The translations under genes were made by a program, and so were the position numbers. From Candidatus Borkfalkia faecipullorum (GTDB taxonomy: Bacteria > Bacillota > Clostridia > Christensenellales > Borkfalkiaceae): DNA of 64,000 nucleotides. The number at the start of each line of letters is the position of its first letter. Within the stretch, counting starts at the first letter, position 1. The DNA is taken from positions 1,681 to 65,680 of the forward strand of contig DXFX01000071.1 of assembly GCA_019114245.1 (NCBI GenBank), read 5' to 3'. Under the pieces are notes generated by a model, which searched no databases, was not told the DNA's origin, and worked only from the letters and a program-made list of their open reading frames with translations. Of this stretch, positions 1-8,415 are shown in pieces.

Positions 1-1
1 C

Positions 2-1306
2 CTCATCCGCGAGGGGAAGGCGTTTGTGTGCGACCTTTCCGCGGAAGAGATCAAAAACACGCGCGGCACGCTGACGGAACCCGGCGTGGAGAGCCCGTAC
101 CGCAACCGCAGCGTGGAGGAAAACCTCCGCCTGTTCACGGAGATGAAAGAGGGCAAGTACAAGGACGGCGAAAAGTGCCTGCGCGCCAAGATCGACATGG
201 CTTCGCCCAACGTCAATATGCGCGACCCCGTCATCTACCGCATCCTGCACGCCACCCATCACCGCACGGGGGACAAGTGGTGCATTTATCCCATGTACGA
301 CTACGCGCACCCCATCTGCGACTATCTGCAGGGCGTGACGCACTCCCTCTGCACGCTGGAATTTGAAGATCACCGCCCGCTGTACGACTGGGTGGGGATC
401 ACCCTCGGATTTTCTCCCAAGCCCCGCCAGATCGAGTTTGCCCGCCTGAACATCACCAACACGGTGATGAGCAAGCGCTACCTCAAAAAGCTGGTGGAGG
501 AAAAACTCGTCCACGGCTGGGACGACCCGCGTATGCCCACCCTTTCGGGCCTGCGCAACCGCGGCATTCCCGCGGCGGCGGTGCGCGATTTCTGTTCGAG
601 GATCGGCGTCGCCAAGGCAAATTCCGAGTGCGAATATTCCTATTTTGAGGCGTGCGTGCGCGAATATCTCAACGCCCACGCGGAGCGCGCGATGGCAGTG
701 CTTTCCCCGCTCAGACTCACCATCACCAATTACGAAGGGGAGGAAGAGCTGGACTTCGATGTCAACCAGACGGACGAGACCGCGGGAACGCGCAAAGTGA
801 AGTTCGGCAAGCACCTCTTTATCGAGAGCACGGACTTCTCCCTCGACCCTCCGCCCAAGTACTTCCGGTTGAAAAAAGGAGGGTACGTACGCCTGAAAAA
901 CGCGTATATCGTGCGCTGCGACGACGTCGTGACGGACGAAAAGGGCAACGTGACGGAGGTGCTCTGTTCGTATGTTCCCGAAAGCCACAGCGGCAACGAC
1001 ACCAGCGGCATCAAGGTGAAAGGCGTCATCCACTGGGTGAACGCGGATACCTGCGTGGACGCGGAAGTGCGCCGGTACGAGAGCCTGCTGCGCGACGCGG
1101 ATTACGCGGGCCAGGATTTCTCCGAGCGCATGAACCCCGACAGCGAAACCATCCTTTCCGCGAAGGCGGAGCCTTATCTTGCGCAGGCGGCGGACGGAAC
1201 GCCCTTCCAGCTGATGCGCACGGGATATTACAAAAAATGCACGGACGGGGACAAACTCGTCCTCTCCGAGATCGTTTCCCTGAAAGACAATTTCAACAAA
1301 AAATAA
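2..1306 (+). CDS. glnS: Glutaminyl-tRNA synthetase, C-terminal ~435 aa (5' end lies outside the window)
   Basis: Frame stays open to the window edge. HATHHRTGDKWCIYPMYDYAHPICD..THSLCTLEFEDHRPLYDWV and VMSKR motifs closely match class I GlnRS. Confidence 0.9.
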   Translation, partial: LIREGKAFVCDLSAEEIKNTRGTLTEPGVESPYRNRSVEENLRLFTEMKEGKYKDGEKCLRAKIDMASPNVNMRDPVIYRILHATHHRTGDKWCIYPMYDYAHPICDYLQGVTHSLCTLEFEDHRPLYDWVGITLGFSPKPRQIEFARLNITNTVMSKRYLKKLVEEKLVHGWDDPRMPTLSGLRNRGIPAAAVRDFCSRIGVAKANSECEYSYFEACVREYLNAHAERAMAVLSPLRLTITNYEGEEELDFDVNQTDETAGTRKVKFGKHLFIESTDFSLDPPPKYFRLKKGGYVRLKNAYIVRCDDVVTDEKGNVTEVLCSYVPESHSGNDTSGIKVKGVIHWVNADTCVDAEVRRYESLLRDADYAGQDFSERMNPDSETILSAKAEPYLAQAADGTPFQLMRTGYYKKCTDGDKLVLSEIVSLKDNFNKK

Positions 1307-1312
1307 GACGGC

Positions 1313-1347
1313 ACGGCCGCGCCTATGTGCGCGGCCGGTAAAATTTT
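1313..1347 (+). terminator. Stem-loop after glnS (cggccgcgc/gcgcggccg) with a weak T tail
   Basis: 9-bp GC stem read directly, followed by gtaaaatttt. Confidence 0.55.
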
Positions 1348-1381
1348 CTGGCCGCAGAAAATCACTTTTTTGCGCGTGGGA

Positions 1382-1410
1382 TTGACAAACCCGCTTTTTA
1401 CAGCTATAAT
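1382..1410 (+). promoter_or_regulatory. Consensus sigma-70/A promoter TTGACA-17-TATAAT
   Basis: TTGACA at 1382-1387, 17-nt spacer, TATAAT at 1405-1410, about 70 nt upstream of the 1482 start. Confidence 0.75.
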
Positions 1411-1481
1411 AGTAATAAGCACAGTTCCGTTTATGCGGAAACAAAATAATTGCAGAAAGATCAACAGGGAGAAACAACATC

Positions 1482-2555
1482 GTGAAGATCTGTAAAAATT
1501 GCGGAAAGGCGACCGGCGAGGACAAAGTCCGCTGCCCTTACTGCGGTTATCTTTTTGAAGAGGACTTAGACAGCGTTCTCAGCAAGATGAAAAGCAATCT
1601 GAACGCTTACAAGGAGGAGGTTGCCTCCGCGCAGCCCGCGGCCCAACCCGCGGCGCAGTCTGCCGTACAGCCTGCGGTGCAGCCTGCGGCCCAGCCTGCC
1701 GCACAGCCCGCGGCGGAAGCTTCTCAGAAGGAGCGGTTCGAGCTTCTTACCGAGGTGGCGCAGCTGAAAGGGGAACTCAAGGCTCTGCACGGGGAGATCG
1801 ACCGCATGAACGGGATGCAGTCGCGCTATTACGCGGCTCCTGCGGCGGAACCTGCCGCCCAGAAGAGCGCGGAACAGCCCGCGGCTCAGCCTGCACCGCA
1901 GGCGGCCCAGCCCGTCTACTATGCGCAGACCTATCCGCCCATGCCGTATGCCGTACAGCAGCCGTACGCGGCTCCTGCGGCGCCCGCGGCACAGAGGAGT
2001 GCGCCCGTTTCCAAAAAACGCACGCGCAGCGCCAACAGGATCGTCATTTCCGTCATCGCTCTCATCATGCTGGGGCTTTCTATTGCTTTCTTCTTTACGC
2101 CGTGGATGAAGGGTACATACGAATTCAGCGGGCTGGATTCCCTCAAATACCTGTATGAAAAGCTGTTCAACAACGGCGGCAACGAGCGGATGCAGGCATT
2201 CCTCGACTACATCAGGACGGTGGAGTTTGCGCAGAACGAGATCCTCGCATCCGTCTGCCGCACAGTCTGCTACCGCGTTGTGGAATTCGGGATCCCCGTG
2301 TACTTTGTGCTTCTGGTACTCGGATTCCCGCTCCTGTTCAGTATGTTCGGCAAAGTGCGCGGCAAGGGCTGGCACCTTTTCTGTGCCTGGACTTCCTTCA
2401 TCGTGGCGGGCATCCTCACCCTGATCTTCTGGTGGGTAGGGCAGTTCAATGCGCTCACCACTCTTTTCCTGGTCGGTGCAGGCGCAAACTTCGTCCGCGT
2501 TCTCTTCCTCCTGTTCTTCAAGGGGAAAAAAACGAATAACGGCGGACTCGAATAA
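1482..2555 (+). CDS. Zinc-ribbon protein with a Pro/Ala/Gln-rich repeat region and a C-terminal multi-TM domain
   Basis: GTG start after AGGGAG. N-terminus CKNCG..x..CPYCG (zinc ribbon), AAQP repeats, hydrophobic C-terminal half. Confidence 0.7.
   Translation: MKICKNCGKATGEDKVRCPYCGYLFEEDLDSVLSKMKSNLNAYKEEVASAQPAAQPAAQSAVQPAVQPAAQPAAQPAAEASQKERFELLTEVAQLKGELKALHGEIDRMNGMQSRYYAAPAAEPAAQKSAEQPAAQPAPQAAQPVYYAQTYPPMPYAVQQPYAAPAAPAAQRSAPVSKKRTRSANRIVISVIALIMLGLSIAFFFTPWMKGTYEFSGLDSLKYLYEKLFNNGGNERMQAFLDYIRTVEFAQNEILASVCRTVCYRVVEFGIPVYFVLLVLGFPLLFSMFGKVRGKGWHLFCAWTSFIVAGILTLIFWWVGQFNALTTLFLVGAGANFVRVLFLLFFKGKKTNNGGLE
1629..1715 (+). repeat. In-frame 12-nt tandem repeat encoding (A-A/V-Q-P/S), about 7 copies
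   Basis: gcgcagccc gcggcccaaccc gcggcgcagtct.. translates to AQPAAQPAAQSAVQPAVQPAAQPAAQPAA. Confidence 0.85.
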
Positions 2556-2564
2556 TTCAGAGTT

Positions 2565-3164
2565 ATGAAAATTGCTATTGACGTCATCTTTATCCTGTTT
2601 CTGCTGGTGATGGCCGTTGTCGGGTACAGAAAGGGATTCCTGAACAGGGCCTGGTGGCTGATGGACATTGTCATCATCGTCTTTTTGGGGATGAACTTTG
2701 AACCCAAGCTGGCACAGCAGTTGGGGGACGCGGGGCTTACCGCCGCCATAGAAGGCGCCCTTTCGGGGGCGGCGGGCGGGGATACCCTGTTCGGCAAACC
2801 GGTTGCGGACATTGCGCAGATCGCGGTATCCGTCATCGTGTGGGCGGGGCTTGCCATCGTCGTGGCGATCGTCATGGCCATCGTCAAGGCCATTTTGAAA
2901 AGTCTGCGCAAATTTCTCTCTTTCCGCGTCATCGACGGCGTTCTCGGGGCAATGTACGGCATGGTCATCACGCTGGTCGTGCTTCTCGTCATCGGCGCCG
3001 TTGCGGGAACTTTTACCGACTTTGCGCCCGTCTCTTCCGCGTACGATCTGTGCGGGCAGACGCATTTGTTCCGCTACATTTTCGGGGCAAATCCCTTCCA
3101 GGAAACCATCAACGCGCATTTCCCTCTCGGCTCGTGGATCTACGGAGCCCTGCAATCCAAATAA
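2565..3164 (+). CDS. CvpA-family membrane protein
   Basis: 199 aa with 4-5 hydrophobic segments. The N-terminus IDVIFILFLLVMAVVGYRKGF is typical of the CvpA family. Confidence 0.65.
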   Translation: MKIAIDVIFILFLLVMAVVGYRKGFLNRAWWLMDIVIIVFLGMNFEPKLAQQLGDAGLTAAIEGALSGAAGGDTLFGKPVADIAQIAVSVIVWAGLAIVVAIVMAIVKAILKSLRKFLSFRVIDGVLGAMYGMVITLVVLLVIGAVAGTFTDFAPVSSAYDLCGQTHLFRYIFGANPFQETINAHFPLGSWIYGALQSK

Positions 3165-3169
3165 TTTTA

Positions 3170-3208
3170 CGGCCGCGGCGCAAGCGCTGCGGCCGCATTT
3201 TTGCTTTT
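3170..3208 (+). terminator. Rho-independent terminator after the cvpA-like gene
   Basis: cggccgcggcgc/gcgctgcggccg stem followed by atttttgctttt. Confidence 0.7.
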
Positions 3209-3289
3209 CGGGAAAAAATGCAATTTTTAATGAAATCGCTTTACAAATCAGCGCGGACTTGTTAAAATAGTATATATTAAATGCGACGA

Positions 3290-3510
3290 CAGAGGACAAG
3301 CCTCCGCGATCCGCTTTTTCAGAGAGCTCCCGCAAGGTGAAAGGGGAGCAAGGCAGGGCGCGGCAGAGTATCCCCTCTCAGCACGCGGGGCGAAACGGCA
3401 AAAGGGAGTAGTCTTGCGCGCGGTCTTTCTTCCGCGTTATCAAAAAGGGCGTATGTTTGTATGTTTTGGTGGTCCCCTCTTAGTTTTCCGAAAACGAGAG
3501 GGGATTTTTT
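3290..3510 (+). promoter_or_regulatory. T-box leader (tRNA-Ile sensing) controlling ileS
   Basis: AGAGAG box (3321), GGTGAAAG, AGTAGT, F-box-like CGCGTTA, and T-box-like TTGGTGGTCCCC (3467-3478) overlapping the terminator stem cccctct/gagagggg plus T-run (3474-3510). Candidate ATC specifier at 3370-3372. Confidence 0.7.
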
Positions 3511-3548
3511 AAATCGTAAAAATTGTCAGAACCGCAAGGAGAAGAACA

Positions 3549-6500
3549 ATGTCAGAGAAAAAGCTTTATTCCAAGGTAGACACGGCGATGAACTTTGTCG
3601 AGCGCGAAAAGGAAGTGATCGCGTTCTGGGAAAAGGAGCACGTGTTTGAGGACAGCGTGAAGGAGAGAGAGGGCGGAGAGGAGTTTTCTTTCTACGACGG
3701 CCCGCCCACGGCAAACGGCAAGCCGCACATCGGCCACATTCTCACCCGCGTGATGAAGGACATCATTCCCCGCTATCAGACGATGAAGGGCAAGCACGTC
3801 CTGCGCAAAGCGGGCTGGGACACGCACGGTCTGCCCGTCGAGCTGGAAGTGGAAAAGATGCTCGGCATGGACGGCAAGCAGGACATCGAAAAATACGGCA
3901 TCGAGCCGTTTATCAAAAAGTGCAAGGAAAGCGTCTGGAAATACAAGGGCGAATGGGAAAAAATGTCCGAACGCGTGGGTTACTGGGCGGACATGGAAAA
4001 CCCGTACGTCACCTACGACGACAAGTACATCGAGTCTGTCTGGTGGGCGCTGAAAGAGATCTGGAAGAAGGGGCTCCTGTACAAGGGGCATAAGATCGTC
4101 CCTTACTGCCCGCGCTGCGGCACGGCGCTCTCCTCGCACGAGGTGGCGCAAGGCTACAAGGACGTCAAGGAAACGTCCGTGTTCGTGCGCTTCAAGAGAA
4201 AGGGACTGGAAAATTCCTACTTCCTCGCCTGGACGACTACGCCGTGGACGCTCCCTTCCAACGTCGCGCTCTGCATGAACGCGGACGAGGACTATGCGGA
4301 GATCGAGGCGGAGGACGGCACGCATTACGTTCTGGCGCAGGCGCTCCTGCCCACTCTGTTTGAAAATTACAAGCTCCTGTCCGTCAAAAAGGGCAAGGAG
4401 TACGAATACGCGGAATACGAACCGCTCTTCACCTATGCGCAGGGCACTTTCCGCGAAAAGGCGTACTACGTCGTGTGCGACGGCTACGTCACGCTGACGG
4501 ACGGCACGGGAATCGTCCACATTGCGCCCGCCTTCGGCGAGGACGACTACCGCGTGGGCAAAAAGTATTCGCTGCCCGTGGTCAACCTGGTGGACGAGCG
4601 CGGCTGTTTTGTGCCTGCCGTCAAGGAATTTGCGGGTACGTTCGTCAAAAAAGCGGACAAAGGCATCATTCAGATGCTCAAAGAAAAGGGGCTGTTGTTC
4701 AAGGAAATGGTGTACGAGCACAGCTATCCCCATTGCTGGCGCTGCGATACGCCGCTGCTGTACTATGCGCGCGAAAGCTGGTTCATCAAGGTGACGGCGG
4801 TCAAGGACGAGCTGATCAAGGCGAACAATTCCGTTCACTGGATGCCCGATACCATCCGCACGGGCCGCATGGGCAACTTCCTGGAAAACGTCATCGACTG
4901 GGGCCTTTCCCGCGACCGTTACTGGGGTACGCCTCTGCCCGTCTGGGTCTGCCCGGACTGCGGCAAGGTACACGTCATCGGCAGCAAGCAGGAACTGAAA
5001 GAGCTGTGCGGCATCGAAGGGGACATCGAACTGCACCGCCCGTACATCGACAACTGCACCTTCAAGTGCGAGTGCGGCGGCACCATGAAGCGCACCCCCG
5101 AAGTCATCGACTGCTGGTTCGATTCGGGTTCCATGCCCTTCGCGCAGTACCATTATCCGTTTGAAAACAAAGACCTGTTCGACGAAACTTTCCCCGCCGA
5201 TTTCATTTCCGAGGCGGTCGACCAGACGCGCGGCTGGTTCTATACGCTGCTCGTCATTTCCACCATTCTGTTCGGAAAGGCTCCCTTCAAAAACTGCATC
5301 GTGCTGGGACACGTCAACGACAAAAACGGCGTCAAGATGTCCAAGCACAAGGGCAACGTCGTCGATCCCTGGAGCGTGCTCGACAAGCAGGGCAGCGACG
5401 CCGTCCGCTGGTATTTCTACACCTCCAGCGCGCCGTGGATCCCGTCCCGCTTCTATCCCGAAGCGGTGTCCGAGGCACAGCGCCGCTACATGGGCCCGCT
5501 GTGGAATTCCTACGCGTTCTTCGTGCTGTATGCGGAGATCGACAAGTACGATCCTTCCAAATACGATCTGAAAAAGTGCAAACTTACGCTGATGGACAAG
5601 TGGATCCTGTCCAAGCTGAACACCCTCGTCAAGACGGTGGACGAAGATCTGAGCGAATACGACATCACGGACAGCGCCCGCGCCCTGCAGGATTTTGTGG
5701 ACGTCCTGTCCAACTGGTACGTCCGCCGCGGCAGGGAACGCTACTGGGGCAAAGAGATGACGGAGGACAAGGCGGCGGCTTACACCACGCTGTACACCGT
5801 CCTGGTCACGCTTGCCAAGCTCACCGCGCCGTACACGCCTTTTATTGCAGAACAGATGTACCGCAACCTCGTTCCCAATTTCTATAAAGACGCACCCAAA
5901 TCGGTGCATATGTGCTCCTTCCCCGTCTGCGACGAAACGGCCATCGATCCCGACCTCGAAAAGGGTATGGATTCGGTGCTGGAAGTCGTGGTGCTGGGCA
6001 GGGCGGCGCGCAATGCGGGATCGCTCAAAAACCGCCAGCCGCTCGCCAACATGATCGTCGCCACCGAGCGCGACCTCGACCTCAACGAGGAACTGCAGGG
6101 CGTCATCCTGGACGAGCTGAACATCAAGAAAATGACGCTCAGCAAGGACGCGTCCGCGCTGATCACCTATAAACTCAAGCCGCAGATGAAGACGCTGGGG
6201 CCCAAGTACGGCAAACTTCTGGGCGGGATCCGTTCCTTCCTCGAAACGTGCGACGGCGCCGCCGTCGTGGCCGCCGTCAGAAACGGCGGAACGTTCAGAA
6301 CGGAGATCTCGGGCGCGGAAGTGGAACTGACCGAGGACGACCTCCTCATCTCCACCGAGAGCGCGGCGGGCTACGTCTCCGCAAGCGACAAGGGCATCAC
6401 CGTGGCTCTGAATACCAAGCTGACCCCCGAACTCATCGACGAGGGGATCGGGCGCGAACTCATCTCCAAACTGCAGACCATGCGCAAGGAAGCGGGCTTT

Positions 6501-6689
6501 GAAGTGACCGACCGCATCGACGTGTACTACACGGCGGAAGGGCAGACAAAGCAGGTGCTCGCATCGCACAAGGATGCCATCGCCGCCGTCGTCCTCGCGG
6601 ACAGCGTGCAGGAGGGCAGCGCCGAAGGCTACACCAAGGATTGGGAGCTGGGCAAGGACAAAGTGACGCTCACCGTCGTCAAGAGATAA
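3549..6689 (+). CDS. ileS: Isoleucyl-tRNA synthetase (type 2, 1046 aa)
   Basis: PPTANGKPHIGH (HIGH motif), KMSKHKGN (KMSKS motif), and editing-domain length consistent with IleRS. Confidence 0.95.
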   Translation: MSEKKLYSKVDTAMNFVEREKEVIAFWEKEHVFEDSVKEREGGEEFSFYDGPPTANGKPHIGHILTRVMKDIIPRYQTMKGKHVLRKAGWDTHGLPVELEVEKMLGMDGKQDIEKYGIEPFIKKCKESVWKYKGEWEKMSERVGYWADMENPYVTYDDKYIESVWWALKEIWKKGLLYKGHKIVPYCPRCGTALSSHEVAQGYKDVKETSVFVRFKRKGLENSYFLAWTTTPWTLPSNVALCMNADEDYAEIEAEDGTHYVLAQALLPTLFENYKLLSVKKGKEYEYAEYEPLFTYAQGTFREKAYYVVCDGYVTLTDGTGIVHIAPAFGEDDYRVGKKYSLPVVNLVDERGCFVPAVKEFAGTFVKKADKGIIQMLKEKGLLFKEMVYEHSYPHCWRCDTPLLYYARESWFIKVTAVKDELIKANNSVHWMPDTIRTGRMGNFLENVIDWGLSRDRYWGTPLPVWVCPDCGKVHVIGSKQELKELCGIEGDIELHRPYIDNCTFKCECGGTMKRTPEVIDCWFDSGSMPFAQYHYPFENKDLFDETFPADFISEAVDQTRGWFYTLLVISTILFGKAPFKNCIVLGHVNDKNGVKMSKHKGNVVDPWSVLDKQGSDAVRWYFYTSSAPWIPSRFYPEAVSEAQRRYMGPLWNSYAFFVLYAEIDKYDPSKYDLKKCKLTLMDKWILSKLNTLVKTVDEDLSEYDITDSARALQDFVDVLSNWYVRRGRERYWGKEMTEDKAAAYTTLYTVLVTLAKLTAPYTPFIAEQMYRNLVPNFYKDAPKSVHMCSFPVCDETAIDPDLEKGMDSVLEVVVLGRAARNAGSLKNRQPLANMIVATERDLDLNEELQGVILDELNIKKMTLSKDASALITYKLKPQMKTLGPKYGKLLGGIRSFLETCDGAAVVAAVRNGGTFRTEISGAEVELTEDDLLISTESAAGYVSASDKGITVALNTKLTPELIDEGIGRELISKLQTMRKEAGFEVTDRIDVYYTAEGQTKQVLASHKDAIAAVVLADSVQEGSAEGYTKDWELGKDKVTLTVVKR

Positions 6690-6692
6690 ATT

Positions 6693-7550
6693 ATGCGTAT
6701 CGCAGAAAACTGGAAGGATTATACCATTCTCGCCACGGGCGACGGGTATAAGCTGGAACGCTGGAAGGACGTCGTTCTGCTCCGTCCCGACCCGCAGGTC
6801 ATCTGGCAGGCGCAGCGCGATCTGTTTTCCTATCCCGAGATCAACGCCGTGTACCGCCGCAGCGACAAGGGCGGCGGCGCATGGGAATTCCGCAAGCCCA
6901 TGCCCGAAGAATGGACGGTCAGCTACCGCGACCTCACGTTCAAGATCAAGCCGATGGGCTTCAAGCACACGGGGCTGTTCCCCGAACAGGCGGTCAACTG
7001 GGACAGAATGTCCGCTCTGATCGCGGGTTCGGGCAGGAAAATCAAGGTGCTCAACCTGTTTGCCTACACGGGCGGCGCCACCGTCGCCTGCGCCAAGGCG
7101 GGCGCGGAGGTCGTCCATGTGGACGCCGCCAAGGGCATGGTGGAGCGCGCGGGAGAAAACGCCCGCCTCTCGGGTATCCACAGCGGGATCCGCTACATCG
7201 TGGACGATTGCAAAAAGTTTGTCCGGCGGGAGATCCGCCGCGGCAACCGCTACGACGCCGTCATCATGGATCCGCCTTCGTACGGCAGGGGCCCCGGCGG
7301 CGAACTGTGGAAGATCGAGGACAGCCTGTACTCCTTTGTGCAGCTGTGCACGCAGGTGCTTTCGGAAGATCCGCTCTTCTTTCTCATCAACAGTTATACC
7401 ACGGGATTGCAGCCCATGGTTTTGCACAACATTTTAAAACTCTGCCTTTCGGGGCGGAAGGGAAAAATCGACGCCTATGAGGTAGGGATCGCCACGCAAG
7501 AGGGCATCCCTCTGCCCTGCGGCGCGGGAGGAATGTTCGTCAATGAATGA
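6693..7550 (+). CDS. Class I SAM-dependent (rRNA-type) methyltransferase
   Basis: VLNLFAYTGGATVACAKAGA..VHVD (SAM-binding motif I) and VIMDPPSYGRG (DPP motif). Confidence 0.75.
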   Translation: MRIAENWKDYTILATGDGYKLERWKDVVLLRPDPQVIWQAQRDLFSYPEINAVYRRSDKGGGAWEFRKPMPEEWTVSYRDLTFKIKPMGFKHTGLFPEQAVNWDRMSALIAGSGRKIKVLNLFAYTGGATVACAKAGAEVVHVDAAKGMVERAGENARLSGIHSGIRYIVDDCKKFVRREIRRGNRYDAVIMDPPSYGRGPGGELWKIEDSLYSFVQLCTQVLSEDPLFFLINSYTTGLQPMVLHNILKLCLSGRKGKIDAYEVGIATQEGIPLPCGAGGMFVNE

Positions 7551-8238
7551 CCTTACCATACTTTATGAGGACAATCACATCATCGTGGTGTTAAAACCGC
7601 AGGGAGTGCCTTCCTGCGGGGATGAGAGCGGGGATGACAGCCTGCTCGAAGCGGTGCGCCGCTATGTCAAAGTGACATACGAAAAGCCGGGAAACGTGTA
7701 CATCGGGCTGATCCACCGCCTCGACCGTCCCACGGGCGGCGTGATGGTGTTTGCCAAGACCAGCAAGGCGGCGTCCCGCCTGGCCGAGCAGATGCGCGGC
7801 GGCGATTTTGAAAAGCAATACCTCACCGTTCTGGTGGGTTCGCCCGCGGAAAAGCGCGCCACGCTCGTCAACTATCTGAAAAAGAATCCCGTCAACAACA
7901 TGGTATACATCTGTCCGCAGACGACGGACGGCGCCAAAATGGCTTCCCTCGAATACGAAGTTCTCGAAGAGAAGGGGAGCTGTTCGCTGGTGCGCGTCAA
8001 GCTCCACACGGGCAGGACGCACCAGATCCGCGTGCAGATGGCGGGCATCGGCACGCCCGTCTACGGGGATATGCGCTACGGCGGGGAAAACGCCAAAAAG
8101 GGCGGGCTCGCCCTGTGGGCATACTCTCTCTCGTTCACCCATCCCGTCACCAAGGAGCGGATGCGCTTCATGGCGGAACCGCCCGTGGACGCTTCGCCGT
8201 GGAAGTATTTCGACGTGGAGAAAGCGCTCAAATTGTGA
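7543..8238 (+). CDS. RluA-family pseudouridine synthase
   Basis: HRLDRPTGGVMVFAKT catalytic Asp motif and TGRTHQIRVQMA. Confidence 0.85.
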   Translation: MNDLTILYEDNHIIVVLKPQGVPSCGDESGDDSLLEAVRRYVKVTYEKPGNVYIGLIHRLDRPTGGVMVFAKTSKAASRLAEQMRGGDFEKQYLTVLVGSPAEKRATLVNYLKKNPVNNMVYICPQTTDGAKMASLEYEVLEEKGSCSLVRVKLHTGRTHQIRVQMAGIGTPVYGDMRYGGENAKKGGLALWAYSLSFTHPVTKERMRFMAEPPVDASPWKYFDVEKALKL

Positions 8239-8307
8239 CGGACAGGAAAAAATTTCCTTTCCTGCACAAGAAAAGAGTAAAATTTTGTTGAAAGCAAAAA
8301 AATGCGT

Positions 8308-8336
8308 TTGACAAAAACCCCTTTATAAGGTACAAT
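8308..8336 (+). promoter_or_regulatory. Promoter TTGACA-17-TACAAT
   Basis: Hexamers read directly. Located upstream of the 8416 gene. Confidence 0.7.
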
Positions 8337-8415
8337 AAACAGGTACAAGCATTTTTGAGGGCAAAGCGCGCAATGTGCGCCGCGCCCATTCAATATGAGG
8401 ATTGGAGCAAAGGGA

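Noticed and set aside
1629-1715. Tandem repeat as a CRISPR- or minisatellite-like non-coding element
   Set aside because: It is in frame within a coding gene and simply encodes an AAQP linker.
1566-3335. 589-aa minus-strand ORF opposite the zinc-ribbon and CvpA genes
   Set aside because: Arg/Gly-rich with no motifs. It crosses an intergenic terminator.
3552-7427. 1291-aa ORF on the minus strand covering ileS and the methyltransferase gene
   Set aside because: It is antisense to genes with unmistakable aaRS and MTase motifs. Its translation is Arg/Gly/Ala/Val-rich low-complexity sequence, typical of shadow ORFs in GC-rich DNA.
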